From the NCBI GenBank assembly GCA_027317865.1, contig DAHVQG010000003.1, positions 32,001-96,000 on the forward strand: DNA of 64,000 nucleotides. The letters are read 5' to 3'. The first letter of the stretch is position 1. Each line of letters begins with the position of its first letter. This stretch comes from Bdellovibrionales bacterium (lineage in GTDB: Bacteria > Bdellovibrionota > Bdellovibrionia > Bdellovibrionales > UBA1609). A program made the translations under genes and the position numbers. The notes below the pieces were generated by a model, which did not search any database, was not told the origin of the DNA, and worked only from the letters and a program-made list of their open reading frames with translations. Positions 50,550 through 61,154 of this stretch are shown here, in pieces.

Positions 50550-51395
50550 ATGAGCCGTCGAATGGCAAAAAAAGATCTTGAAAAGATCGTCATCGATGAG
50601 TCGAAAAATCTCGTTTTTGATTCTGAAGACGAGCTTTATCAACATTTCTTCAAAGAGATTTCTTTTTTGGAGAAAGAGTTCTTTTCGCTTCGGCCGCAAG
50701 ACGACATCACCGAAGCGGAATTCGACAACTACGAAAAAAATCTGAGCGTTCTTCTCGAGAATCCAGATGAAATTTGGCATGATACCTCGACTATAGCCGG
50801 GGTTGATTTTTATATTTACATTCGAAAATTCGAAGTTGAAGAGCCGGAGGGTGACGAGTCCGTACTGTATCATGTCGCATTCGTCTATTTAACCGGTAAA
50901 GTTCCCAGTTTTGTTTACCTGCACTTTCCGACTCGCAGTGAAAGTCTTGTCGCCAAATACCGGCGCGGCGAGAAAAGTTATGACCGAATTGAACAGAATG
51001 TCCCGTTGGGCGCTATTGACGGGGATGCTTTACATGAAAGTGACGAGCTCGCACGCGGGCTTTATTTCGCAATGCTAAAAGTTCGCAGCGAAAGCGACAT
51101 AAAAGAAGCTGAATTTCGTGATTTTGCACGGCTTCGCGAAAGTACGATCGAGCAACCTGACGAAATATGGCGCAACAATGATTCTATGGGGAATGTCTTG
51201 GTCAGTTTTATCCGCGAGTATCCGGAAGAAGAATTGAAGGGGCTATATTATATAGCTGTTACTCTTGAGGATATGGCATCGAACAGCCACGCGCTTTTGT
51301 TTTCGTTTCCGACTGTGGACGAAGCGCTCGTCGGCCGCTACCGGCATGGCGAAAATTTGCAAGCTGATGAGGTCGTGCAAGAGGCGAGTCACTGA
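50550..51395 (+). CDS. Acidic protein with an internally duplicated PBECR2-like domain
   Basis: Two copies of PDEIW..[YF]IR..FPT....LV..YR.GE. Confidence 0.7.
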   Translation: MSRRMAKKDLEKIVIDESKNLVFDSEDELYQHFFKEISFLEKEFFSLRPQDDITEAEFDNYEKNLSVLLENPDEIWHDTSTIAGVDFYIYIRKFEVEEPEGDESVLYHVAFVYLTGKVPSFVYLHFPTRSESLVAKYRRGEKSYDRIEQNVPLGAIDGDALHESDELARGLYFAMLKVRSESDIKEAEFRDFARLRESTIEQPDEIWRNNDSMGNVLVSFIREYPEEELKGLYYIAVTLEDMASNSHALLFSFPTVDEALVGRYRHGENLQADEVVQEASH

Positions 51396-51469
51396 TAAGT
51401 TTAGCTGCTTCCGGCCATCTTTTCTTCTGGGGCCACCTCGTATTTTGGGGTGGCCTTGTGTTTTGCGGT

Positions 51470-54250
51470 CTACTTATGCTTTGCGGGCATCGATGATTGA
51501 GCAGACGGCAATCCCAACATTCCGCCCGGTCCGGAACTAATCAAAGCCATCGTGACAAGGTTGCTCTCCGTTTCGAATTTATTTATTTCTTGTTGGGTTG
51601 CAGGCGGGAGCTTAGCGCCAGAAGATTTGCTGGTGAAGTGATCCGTCATCTCTCGGTAAGCTTGGATAAGCTGCAATCGATGGTTGTACATCCACATCGG
51701 ATTTTCGCTTCGATCTGCCGCCAAAAGTTGGGTTGCAAGTAAGCGGAACTTTAACGGTACCGTAAATTTCGGCAATAAAAGCATAGTCGTTGTGGATTTT
51801 TTGCCGGTCAATTTTTGTAATCCGAGGGGCAGTTTAACCGTTGGCCCCGCAAGTTTTTCGACACCACCGCTTAAAAGAAATTGCGCTTCGACTTTGAACA
51901 AATATCTTCCAAAATCGTTAGCGAGCGGGTTATCGGCTAACCTTAAAGGTTGCGGCTGTTGGCCGGGGCCCGACCTGGTGACCATGCCGTTGCCGGCGAG
52001 CAGTTCCAAGTTGTGTTTATTGTATTCTTCAGCAAATTTTTGAAAGAAGAGCCGCGCATTGGTGTTGATCGTATTAATTTCGTGCGGGCCAAATGCACTC
52101 GACCCGTTCGGGATAAGCCCTTTTTCGTAACGGCTGTACAATAAATGATCGAGGCGAGCCATTTCTGTGTTCACAAAATTGGGGGGCAAAAATCCGAAGA
52201 TCTTACTAAATCCGCCGTTTTGTTTAATTTGGTCGTCGATGCGATGCCATTCTTGCCACCGTACCATGCTGGCGTTTGATTCGTCGACGGCCGTGAATTG
52301 GCGCTCAACCGACACGAGTCGAACTTCTTTTGTGAATTGCTTCATCAGCTCAAGACGCGGTGCCAGCATTCGTTCGGCATCTTCTGTCGGATGCAGCACA
52401 ACTTTGCTGACGGGAATGGCGAGTTCGTTTTGAAACGGTGTTTTGGCGGCTAAGTACACCTCAAGTAAAATATCGGGTAACGTTTTGAGATTATGCTCGC
52501 CCTCATACGCGACGTAACCGACTTCGGAATTACCCGAATCGAATCGCTGACAATCATAATATTTTGGATCTCCCGAGTCGGTACAATAAAGCGGCCATTT
52601 TGCGGGGCTTTTGCCGCCGTATAAAAAGCGGATGGTATCGCGGTCGTAAGCCATTGCCTTACCGCGCGCGATTTGGTCACCAAGCATAAAGTCGTCAAGC
52701 ATTGGCATGTAATCCATCACCGAACTGCTGACGACGACACCTTTGGGAGTGTGCCCTGTTTTAAAATAAGATTGAAGTAAGCTTGCGCGCTCAGCCATCG
52801 TATAATTCGCTGCGAGCGTTCCGGCGAAATTGTGGCGGAGCCCTAAAGTGTGACCGACTTCATGGGCGACCACCACACGAAGTAAATCCGAAGCCGCTCT
52901 TTGAATGACGGAGTTTGTGGCTCCGTTGTTTATAAACCAGTCAATCGTGCTTTGAATTCCGTAAGACCCGTCATAATCGCATAGCGGCGGTTTGAAGAAT
53001 CCTCGAATTCCGATTCGAAGCGACGAAGTTTGTTTCGTCGTGTTGCTAGTCGAAACTCCCCCATGAAGTTGCCGGACCAAATCTTGAAGTGAGTTAAACA
53101 CAAATGAGCTCGAAATATAAACTTGCGCGTGCAGAATTTCACCCGTGCGCGGGTCCGCCTGCACATCGGCATACGACATTGGAGCCGTGTTATACGGCAC
53201 CCATTGAATCATATTGTAATCGGGGTTTGGTGCACTCACGCCTTTAGGGGTCATCACGACTTTAACGATCGGCATGCCTAACATGTGGTTCCAGTACAGA
53301 GCGCCGCTTTTGACCGCTTGAACATATTGCGCGGGGGTATTGGCCGAGATCGCATAGGTGATCGGAAAATTGCTTGGATTCCATCGCTCGGCGTATTGTA
53401 CGGAATCTCCGTCAAAGGTCATTTGCGGTGCGGTTTGAAAATAACCGTAGTGAGTAAAATTGTCGAATTCTTGAAATGGTAGATAATTTGGATCCGGTCG
53501 ATACGGCGACAAATAATAGCGAACTTCAAACGGCATTGATGCCCCGGGTTGCCCGGATAACGGATTGCTCAGGTAAGCCTGCGCCACTTGGCGAATGACC
53601 AGGCGATGAATGGATTGCGTGTCTTCGATGCGTGCGCTGTCGATATAACTGTCTTCAAGCGGCAGACTTTGAAACTCGTTCACCGGATTGTATTGTGAAC
53701 CGCCAAAGTCCGAACCGGACATGTCGGTGAAGAAAAACAATTTTGACATCCCCGAATTAAAATCAAAAACAATTCTTGTTTTGTTGGTAGAAAGAATCGG
53801 AAAGCGCGCCAGAAGCAAGTGTTGTGGCAGATCGGTGGTCACCGAATTGCCGTTATTTGATTCGAGCATATACAAATTATTATTGCGCTTTATGAATGTA
53901 ACGATCCGGCTACGAATTGAATTGCTCCACGCGACGGGGACGACCTGCGTGAATTCCCCTTGAAGGAGAAATTCTTTATTTAGCGCAACCCGCGCAATCG
54001 AAATGTGATAATGGGAGTCAATACCTAGTTCGGCGCTTTGGCTCGGCGAAACCACGTGAAATGATTGACCGATATTTTTCGGAGCCAACTTTGACTGGCT
54101 CTTTTGGCCGCAACCGGAAAGTAACCCGAGAGCCAAAATTGAGACTAATGAACAGGTAAACTTGCGCAAAACAAAGCGACGAGTTTTTTTGCGCTGTAGT
54201 TTTAAAAATTGTGTTCCAAAAAAACTTCGCGAACGAAGGACCTTACCCAT
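51470..54250 (-). CDS. Zinc metalloprotease lipoprotein (EcxA/DUF4953-like metzincin)
   Basis: Lipobox LSGC; DPRTGEIL, HEVGHTLGLRHN and SSVMDY motifs. Confidence 0.92.
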   Translation of the reverse strand: MGKVLRSRSFFGTQFLKLQRKKTRRFVLRKFTCSLVSILALGLLSGCGQKSQSKLAPKNIGQSFHVVSPSQSAELGIDSHYHISIARVALNKEFLLQGEFTQVVPVAWSNSIRSRIVTFIKRNNNLYMLESNNGNSVTTDLPQHLLLARFPILSTNKTRIVFDFNSGMSKLFFFTDMSGSDFGGSQYNPVNEFQSLPLEDSYIDSARIEDTQSIHRLVIRQVAQAYLSNPLSGQPGASMPFEVRYYLSPYRPDPNYLPFQEFDNFTHYGYFQTAPQMTFDGDSVQYAERWNPSNFPITYAISANTPAQYVQAVKSGALYWNHMLGMPIVKVVMTPKGVSAPNPDYNMIQWVPYNTAPMSYADVQADPRTGEILHAQVYISSSFVFNSLQDLVRQLHGGVSTSNTTKQTSSLRIGIRGFFKPPLCDYDGSYGIQSTIDWFINNGATNSVIQRAASDLLRVVVAHEVGHTLGLRHNFAGTLAANYTMAERASLLQSYFKTGHTPKGVVVSSSVMDYMPMLDDFMLGDQIARGKAMAYDRDTIRFLYGGKSPAKWPLYCTDSGDPKYYDCQRFDSGNSEVGYVAYEGEHNLKTLPDILLEVYLAAKTPFQNELAIPVSKVVLHPTEDAERMLAPRLELMKQFTKEVRLVSVERQFTAVDESNASMVRWQEWHRIDDQIKQNGGFSKIFGFLPPNFVNTEMARLDHLLYSRYEKGLIPNGSSAFGPHEINTINTNARLFFQKFAEEYNKHNLELLAGNGMVTRSGPGQQPQPLRLADNPLANDFGRYLFKVEAQFLLSGGVEKLAGPTVKLPLGLQKLTGKKSTTTMLLLPKFTVPLKFRLLATQLLAADRSENPMWMYNHRLQLIQAYREMTDHFTSKSSGAKLPPATQQEINKFETESNLVTMALISSGPGGMLGLPSAQSSMPAKHK

Positions 54251-54379
54251 TTGATTTCCCCCTTAGATATTTCGGCTCAAACCCACCCGCTGAACTGCTT
54301 TACTGTAAAGCACTTTGTCGGTGGCTTTACTAGAGGTCGTGTAAATTATTTAGTGTATTGGATGAAGATTGCGGTTTTT

Positions 54380-55312
54380 CTAATACTTCGGTGGCTGATC
54401 GAGCGGCCGGCATTGAACAGGCACAGAACCTAAAAGGTTCTCGTCGCTCGGTTTTACAACGCTTGAAACCATGCACGAGCGAATGATAATCCGGGTGTTC
54501 TTGCCGCTCAAGCTTTCTGACGAAACCAAATACGAATACAAAACTGTGCCTCGGGTGAGTGAAAAGAGGAGCGACCCATTCATTGAACTCACAAATTTCG
54601 GCAGTTTGTTTGCGCTACCGTCATTTTCGGATCGCGTGGGTTCAAGTTGAACCGTGCCTGTCAAATCGATTTCAGCGCAGCGGCCGGTTGTTCCGCATTT
54701 GCGGATAGCCCGCAACGTTGAAAGGGTTTTCATTTTAAGCGGAAGTCCCGATTTCAAACTCACCCACTCCGAAGTCATTGGCCACGAATCTCCGACTTTA
54801 ACCGGTTTATTGGGGAGTGAAACTGGCGGCACAAAAAACAACGTGCCCGGCGGATAATTGCCCGCTCGCAAAACCTTACCTTGATTGGTGAGCATAAGTT
54901 CAAGCGTTTCACCTAAATCGGGCATGGCAAAATCAGAAAGGTCGACCAAACCTGTTTTTTTGATTGTTGTTAAGTCATAAGTTGCGGTTTGATTTTGGTT
55001 GTCGACTGCAACTGTTTTCGTTTTAACCGTAAAATTAGCGATATCAGTGAGAGTTTTTACAAGTTCATTATCGGAATACGCGTGGGTCGTCGATCGGGAA
55101 TAATAATTGGTGATGTCGATATGGTTGAGAACCGGTTTGAAAACAATTTGAACGGGTCCGCTTGCTTTTAACCGTTTCGCCGTCGGCCCTTTCGCGACCG
55201 CGCCACTCGCCGTAAGTCCGGCCGTGTCGAGTGAACCGTTGGACATCAAATTCGCACAGCCCGAGAGAAATGATAATGAAAGGAAGAGCTCAAGACAAAG
55301 AAGGTATCGCAT
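54380..55312 (-). CDS. Hypothetical lipoprotein
   Basis: GGAGG RBS; lipobox LSGC; LPNKPVKVGDSW. Confidence 0.8.
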   Translation of the reverse strand: MRYLLCLELFLSLSFLSGCANLMSNGSLDTAGLTASGAVAKGPTAKRLKASGPVQIVFKPVLNHIDITNYYSRSTTHAYSDNELVKTLTDIANFTVKTKTVAVDNQNQTATYDLTTIKKTGLVDLSDFAMPDLGETLELMLTNQGKVLRAGNYPPGTLFFVPPVSLPNKPVKVGDSWPMTSEWVSLKSGLPLKMKTLSTLRAIRKCGTTGRCAEIDLTGTVQLEPTRSENDGSANKLPKFVSSMNGSLLFSLTRGTVLYSYLVSSESLSGKNTRIIIRSCMVSSVVKPSDENLLGSVPVQCRPLDQPPKY

Positions 55313-55427
55313 TGTTAATGCCTCCGCACTGTTGAGAATATCGTGATCAGATACAAGAAGCAAAGCTGGACTTACGAAGTCGCGACCGCGTCGTTACAAT
55401 TAAAGAAATATCATGTGAGGGCTTCTC

Positions 55428-56390
55428 ATGCGGTGGGCATTTTTATCGTTGGCTTTCATTTCGCTATTTTTTTCATCACTTTTTTTAAGTGGCTGCGGTG
55501 CGAGCAGCTCGAATGCCGACTCAAGTCGGGGAACGGTGTCGTCGGCGTCATCTTACATCAGCCCGACGGCGGCACTGGCGGAATGCAATAATATTTCAGG
55601 TTCAGAAATGGTGTTATCCGGGCAGGTGAGCACTTATTATCAAGCTGGCCAGCTTGTGCCGAGCGATCTGTTATTGAACTTGGCCTCTGTGCCGCCCACA
55701 GTTGAATCATCAAACACCGCATACCTTCAATTTGTGCCATATTACGAGCCGACGCCCGGAAACATTTCATACGGTTCCGCGCTTTCAATGGTGTTTATGG
55801 ATAAACTTACGGGGGCGACATCGAATCAGTATTCTGAAATTTCGCTTGCCAACATTCAATCGGCGCTGAAAGATTTGGCGCTCACGTCGACTATTACGCC
55901 GTCTCAGTTTTTTTCTCGCGTTTACGTTTTGCTGGTGGGAGTGGCCCAGCAATATGTCGCGGCTTCGGCTGAACTTTTCGATTCGAGTAAAGGTTCCGGC
56001 GCGCTCTCTTCATTAAATTTTTTATTGCCAATATTTTACGCTAATCCCTCTGTGTATCAGGTTTACGAGCCGTCGCCAGACCTTGATCAACTGCATCCCT
56101 TTTGGTCGTATTTAAGCAGTGGTTACAGTGACTCCGAATTCGCTTCGATGGACGAACAAATCTGCCAAGCCATGTCGGGCGGCGGTCGCATCCCCGCTTC
56201 TGTGGGGGCAATGGATCAAGTCGACATGGTTTCGATGGCGAAAAACTTGAAAGGGTTTTTACATACGCCGCTGGGCGCGCGACTCGTACATGTGAATTTT
56301 TTCGCGAGGATTTGGACGCAATTCCTGGTCAGCTACTTGCAGCCGACATGGCGGCAAATCATCCATTCAATTCTTGATTTGAATCTTTAG
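55428..56390 (+). CDS. Hypothetical lipoprotein
   Basis: Lipobox LSGC; Ser-rich linker. Confidence 0.8.
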   Translation: MRWAFLSLAFISLFFSSLFLSGCGASSSNADSSRGTVSSASSYISPTAALAECNNISGSEMVLSGQVSTYYQAGQLVPSDLLLNLASVPPTVESSNTAYLQFVPYYEPTPGNISYGSALSMVFMDKLTGATSNQYSEISLANIQSALKDLALTSTITPSQFFSRVYVLLVGVAQQYVAASAELFDSSKGSGALSSLNFLLPIFYANPSVYQVYEPSPDLDQLHPFWSYLSSGYSDSEFASMDEQICQAMSGGGRIPASVGAMDQVDMVSMAKNLKGFLHTPLGARLVHVNFFARIWTQFLVSYLQPTWRQIIHSILDLNL

Positions 56391-56419
56391 GTGATAGTCG
56401 CTTAACGATTTAAATTAGC

Positions 56420-56881
56420 TTAGCTCGGTTCGATGCCAAGGCGCTTTGCCACGTGAATCGAAACGAAGATGAGCCCTGCGGCGATGGTCATATATCCAAT
56501 ATTCATGCCCGCGGCGCCCCAGTAACGTTCGCACGCCGTGTGCGGAAAAAAGTAGTCAGGTGCCAGCACAAATACGGTCACTGTCGTTGTAATAGCCATT
56601 ACAAGCAGGCCAATCGCACAGGCAAAATTCCATCGCGCCGACATACCGAGACCCAGCAGCAAAAGAAAATCGGGAAGTGCTACCGCTGGCCCTTCGACGG
56701 CGTGCTTAGTAATAACTCCGACAATAATGCCGATGATTCCGATTGCGATGAACGCCCAACTCAACTGTTTTACAAGTGAAGGTTGCGTTTGCCACTTATC
56801 TTGGTTCGATTGACTTGTTTTCATGTTTTTCAATTTAAATGGACTCGTGCGGGTTTGTCTAGAGCTGATCGAAAAAATCAA
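56420..56881 (-). CDS. Four-TM membrane protein
   Basis: Four hydrophobic segments; start probably near 56824. Confidence 0.65.
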   Translation of the reverse strand: MIFSISSRQTRTSPFKLKNMKTSQSNQDKWQTQPSLVKQLSWAFIAIGIIGIIVGVITKHAVEGPAVALPDFLLLLGLGMSARWNFACAIGLLVMAITTTVTVFVLAPDYFFPHTACERYWGAAGMNIGYMTIAAGLIFVSIHVAKRLGIEPS

Positions 56882-56910
56882 ACGGGGCGCTGACGCTTCG
56901 GGTTGTCATA

Positions 56911-58881
56911 TTGTCACGCAAAGCTTACACTTCAACCGCGAGGAGGCAAATGGCGCGCGAGATCCCTGGGTATTTGAAGCATTACATGGCTCGGCAAAAT
57001 TACAAAGCCTATACCGCCATCGATCATGCGAGTTGGCGTTATATCATGCGTGTGTCGCGGGCTTTTTTTAAAGATCACGCTCATCAGAAATACCTTACGG
57101 GACTTAAAGAAACCGGAATCACAATTGAGCGGATTCCGCGCATGACCGAAATGGATAAAAAGCTGAAACGTTTCGGTTGGCGCGTGGCCACTGTTACGGG
57201 GTTTATACCGCCATCCGTTTTTTTGGAGTTTTTAAGCCTCAATATTCTGCCCATCGCGTGCGACATGCGACGTCTCGAACATTTGGAATACACTCCCGCG
57301 CCTGACATTGTGCACGAAGCGGCAGGGCATGCGCCGATTATTTCGGCGCCCAACTATGCCGCCTATTTAAACCGCTTTGGTGAAATCGCGCGTAAGGCTA
57401 TTTTTGCCAAAGAAGATCTCGATGTTTACGAAGCCATCAAAGAATTGTCTGAAATAAAAGAAAGTGCCGCGGCGACGGCCGACGAAATAGCGGCGGCTGA
57501 GCGAAAACTTCAAGAAATGTACAAAACTGTGACCTATACGAGCGAAGCGACGAAACTTGCGCGTTTGGGTTGGTGGTCAATTGAATACGGACTGATAGGC
57601 GCGCGCGGCCAATTTAAAATTTACGGCGCCGGTCTATTATCTTCAGTCGGCGAGAGTTACGATTGCTTCTCAGATCGGGTCAAAAAGATTCCGCTCACCA
57701 TGGACTGCGTCAGCGTGAATTACGACATAACAAAACCGCAGCCGCAGCTGTTTTACGTCGAAAACTTTAAACAACTCGAAGGCGTGATTGATGAGTTGTC
57801 ATTGGAGCTGGCTTACAAGTTGGGCGGTATCGAGGGGCTCGCGCGGGCGAAGCGGTCGGGGCTAGTCAATACGGTTGAATTGGATTCCGGGCTGCAGATA
57901 AGCGGAAAATTAACAGGTGTTTTTTGTGGCGGTAGAACCGGCGCGGATTCGCGGGGGCAAACGAGCGACGTAAAAGAAATAGGTGAGCCGTGGCGCGCGG
58001 GAGTTGACATTGCGTTTTCAGAATTTTGTGACGCCTCAGCCGACGAACTCAATGCGCAAATCGAGAAAAGGTACGGGTGCCCGATATATTTGCAGTTCAC
58101 GGGGCCCGTACAGCTCAGCTATGCGGATAAACAGTTGCTGGGACATTCGGCGAAATATCACGCACAAGGATACGGTACGCCTCTCGGGAGAATTCGGGGC
58201 TTGAATAAAACAGCTGCCGAACTAACTAAAAAAGATTTAACGAAGTGCGGGTTTAAGGGTCGGTCGCGCGGTCGGTTGGAATACGAATCGGGTATTGTTG
58301 TCGAGGGAGTTTTGAAACGCGTTTTGCGGAAAAGCGGGGGCGGAGCGAACCGACATGTTCGCAATCTCGTCCTTACGTTTTCAGAATGCCGCGTCTACAG
58401 GGCGCAAACACAATCCGCATGTGAGCAGGTATTTTTCGCTCCAGAATGGGGGCTGTTCGATCTTGCTTGCGGTGGGGCCGTAACCGGAGTGTTTGGCGGA
58501 GCGGCGGATCGTCGCTCTTATTTGCGTGACACGCGTCGTGAGCGGCCGAAAATTCGCGCGCAAAATATAAATTTGACCGATGATAACCGGCCGCTTGTTC
58601 CGCTTTACGAGCGCGTTCGTAAACTGCGCGAATCGCTTGTTCGTCAAACGCACGCGCGTACTTTAGCTGAGGCGGAGCAAATTGCTGTCAAATTACAGCA
58701 TCATTTTTCGAACGACTGGTTGCTGCGGCTCGAACTCATCGAAATTTTGCAGCAGCTCAATGATCTTGAACAGGCGCGAAATCTGAGTTTACGTTTAAAA
58801 AATGAATTGCTCGGCCTAGGCGCAAAAAATGCGAATATTGCCACGCTCGTTCGGCGCGGTTTGAAACTCATAGAGAATTAG
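56911..58881 (+). CDS. phhA: Aromatic amino acid hydroxylase (long-form phenylalanine 4-monooxygenase)
   Basis: YTPAPDIVHEAAGHAP, WWSIEYGL and YGAGLLSS motifs. Confidence 0.92.
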   Translation: MSRKAYTSTARRQMAREIPGYLKHYMARQNYKAYTAIDHASWRYIMRVSRAFFKDHAHQKYLTGLKETGITIERIPRMTEMDKKLKRFGWRVATVTGFIPPSVFLEFLSLNILPIACDMRRLEHLEYTPAPDIVHEAAGHAPIISAPNYAAYLNRFGEIARKAIFAKEDLDVYEAIKELSEIKESAAATADEIAAAERKLQEMYKTVTYTSEATKLARLGWWSIEYGLIGARGQFKIYGAGLLSSVGESYDCFSDRVKKIPLTMDCVSVNYDITKPQPQLFYVENFKQLEGVIDELSLELAYKLGGIEGLARAKRSGLVNTVELDSGLQISGKLTGVFCGGRTGADSRGQTSDVKEIGEPWRAGVDIAFSEFCDASADELNAQIEKRYGCPIYLQFTGPVQLSYADKQLLGHSAKYHAQGYGTPLGRIRGLNKTAAELTKKDLTKCGFKGRSRGRLEYESGIVVEGVLKRVLRKSGGGANRHVRNLVLTFSECRVYRAQTQSACEQVFFAPEWGLFDLACGGAVTGVFGGAADRRSYLRDTRRERPKIRAQNINLTDDNRPLVPLYERVRKLRESLVRQTHARTLAEAEQIAVKLQHHFSNDWLLRLELIEILQQLNDLEQARNLSLRLKNELLGLGAKNANIATLVRRGLKLIEN

Positions 58882-59996
58882 TTTGTCGTATACAGCCCGA
58901 CATCGGTCGCCGCGTATTGAGCGGCCGCCATCATTTCATTTAGGCGCGTGGCAGATGAAGTCGCGTCAAGGCTAACGGCCCCAGGTTCACCTTTTATGTA
59001 GAGGCTCTGCGCGGACGATTGAATATTAGCCGTGAGCGTTTGCTTTGGAACGGTGGCGGTCAAAGTAAACGGGATTGCGCCAACCGGTACTCCGTTTGAA
59101 AAGGGGATAAAATTTGTTTGCGGGTTTTGAATTTCAATGCTCCCGCTGGCAAGGGGTTGGCTTTGTGACGGACCTGTAGCTAAATATTGAACCGAAAATT
59201 TTGTCAGTTCAATTTTTTGTTGAGTTGAGTTGCGACGATCGAGTTCGCCTTGAATCGTAACGGTTGCGGTAAGAATTTTTTGATTATTCCGTTGGCCTTT
59301 TACGTTCGACGTGTCGTAAGTGAATTGCATAACCGTGTTTGCGCTGAATTGATAGATCCCGTTTTGGTTGGTCAACGTGATTGATTCACCGGGTGATGTG
59401 TTCCCGTTCGATGCCGTCGTTTCATTGGGGATCGTCAAAGTTTGGGAAATTCTTTGATGGTTAGTTGTACTTTGTTGATTGAGCGCGAGTACCGGATAGG
59501 CGCCATATTGAAACAGTGACGGATCTTTCGACGAGTCGTAATTCAATGAAGCGATCTTGCCGCTTTGATCGGTGGTGAACGAAAACTGCGAAGTCCATTT
59601 ATTGATTGCTCCGCTGCTGCCACAATTACTGCTGTCAACGCGGTAAGTGACCGACCCGTTTTTGGCCGAAGACACGGGCGTCACTTTCTCACAGCTTGGG
59701 AGTATATTTTGTTCGATGGTTTGTTTTTGATTGCCCGACGTTACCGGAAATTTTGTAGTCCCCGTTTCAGCAATGTCTAAATAAATATCGAGATTTTTAA
59801 GAGCGATTACGCCGAGGGCATAAGCTCCGAGCACAGCCATGTTTTGGCGATTGGTCGGCGTTAAAATCTGGACGTTGTGGTTTCCGGCAAATCTCATGTC
59901 GAGTTTCGGCGGGAGCGATTGACTGCAAGCCGTTAAAAACATGAGCACAGCCACAAAACTAAAATGAACAGTACTTTTGCAATAATTCGATTTCAT
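58878..59996 (-). CDS. Hypothetical lipoprotein
   Basis: Lipobox LTAC; S/T/N/Q-rich beta content. Confidence 0.75.
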   Translation of the reverse strand: MKSNYCKSTVHFSFVAVLMFLTACSQSLPPKLDMRFAGNHNVQILTPTNRQNMAVLGAYALGVIALKNLDIYLDIAETGTTKFPVTSGNQKQTIEQNILPSCEKVTPVSSAKNGSVTYRVDSSNCGSSGAINKWTSQFSFTTDQSGKIASLNYDSSKDPSLFQYGAYPVLALNQQSTTNHQRISQTLTIPNETTASNGNTSPGESITLTNQNGIYQFSANTVMQFTYDTSNVKGQRNNQKILTATVTIQGELDRRNSTQQKIELTKFSVQYLATGPSQSQPLASGSIEIQNPQTNFIPFSNGVPVGAIPFTLTATVPKQTLTANIQSSAQSLYIKGEPGAVSLDATSSATRLNEMMAAAQYAATDVGLYTTN

Positions 59997-60248
59997 GTCA
60001 AAATGACTCCTGCCGAGACAATGATGCACAATTGGCGTGTACTACAATCCGGTACGGCTTTTTAGCCTACAAACTGTGTGCCACAGTACAAAGTTTATGT
60101 GTCCAATTTGCCCGACTTAAAATGGAGGTTAACGGGTGTGGTTGTCAAATTTTTGGACATCGCGTGCCATTATCTGACATAACCATGACAATTAACGGCG
60201 TTTATTAGGGCATAAAATGAGAAAAATGGGTTTCAAGGAAAACAAATA

Positions 60249-61154
60249 ATGAATGGTTCAACAGATGTCGTCATCGTGCATCGACGGCGGGATTCGCAGC
60301 CGGCTGCGTTTTCGTTTCACAATCCGCAATGGTTCATTTGGGAGACGTGTGTGCGCCGGCTCGCATTTGGCAGCGAAAGTTTCGGGGTTGAAAAAGCCGA
60401 AGACGGCGATGAAGTTTACACAGGTCAAAACGCCTTTCGATTTTTGCTTGAAATCGTTTGTGGGTTACATTCGCCAGTACGCGGTGAAACCGAAGTCCAC
60501 GGCCAATTTCGCCAGTTCTTGAAGTCCATACCGCAAGATTCTTGGTTGAAACCTTTTTTAGACAAAACACATTTGCAAGCACGACGTGTTCGCGATGAAT
60601 TTTTACGTGATCTCGGCAGCCAATCTTACGGCAGTCTAGCGCGACGAAAATTTCGCGAGTGTGACGGTGTGGATATAGTTGGTGGCGGACAGTTGGTCCG
60701 AGATGTACTCCCTTGGCTTTTGAAAATGGGCCATCCCGTACGAATCTGGGTGCGATCACCGGAAAAGATGGCATGGACAGCCGAACGTTATTCGCCGGTT
60801 TTACTCGAGAAGCTCACAATTTGCGCCCTGGCCGACTTTGAACGTAAAAATGGAGGCGAGAGCGGTTTAGCTGATGAGCGGCGAGGTTTGATGATTGCGG
60901 CACCTATTGAAGCAAAAGACCTCAAACCGTGGGCCGAAAAGGCTCAATGTATCTTAGATTTTCGTGCCGATTCAGCGACAGATCGAATTGCCGATTTGAT
61001 ATCAAAAGCGGCGGTGAATCGCGCACATATTCTCACTTTGAACGATATTTTTTCTGAAATTGAAGCCACTCGCGGTCGTGTCGACCAGCAAACGCAGCGC
61101 GCGCTCGAACACATCGGCGCCTTGGCACTCGATCATAACAAAAGATATAAATGA
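60249..61154 (+). CDS. hemA: Glutamyl-tRNA reductase (short form)
   Basis: TCVR, CGLHSPVRGETEVHGQF and GGGQL motifs; first gene of the hem operon. Confidence 0.85.
   Translation: MNGSTDVVIVHRRRDSQPAAFSFHNPQWFIWETCVRRLAFGSESFGVEKAEDGDEVYTGQNAFRFLLEIVCGLHSPVRGETEVHGQFRQFLKSIPQDSWLKPFLDKTHLQARRVRDEFLRDLGSQSYGSLARRKFRECDGVDIVGGGQLVRDVLPWLLKMGHPVRIWVRSPEKMAWTAERYSPVLLEKLTICALADFERKNGGESGLADERRGLMIAAPIEAKDLKPWAEKAQCILDFRADSATDRIADLISKAAVNRAHILTLNDIFSEIEATRGRVDQQTQRALEHIGALALDHNKRYK

Noticed and set aside
60060-60085. TGGCACA-CAGT-TTGT as a sigma54 promoter for the 59996 lipoprotein
   Set aside because: The -12 GC is replaced by GT, which is insufficient support
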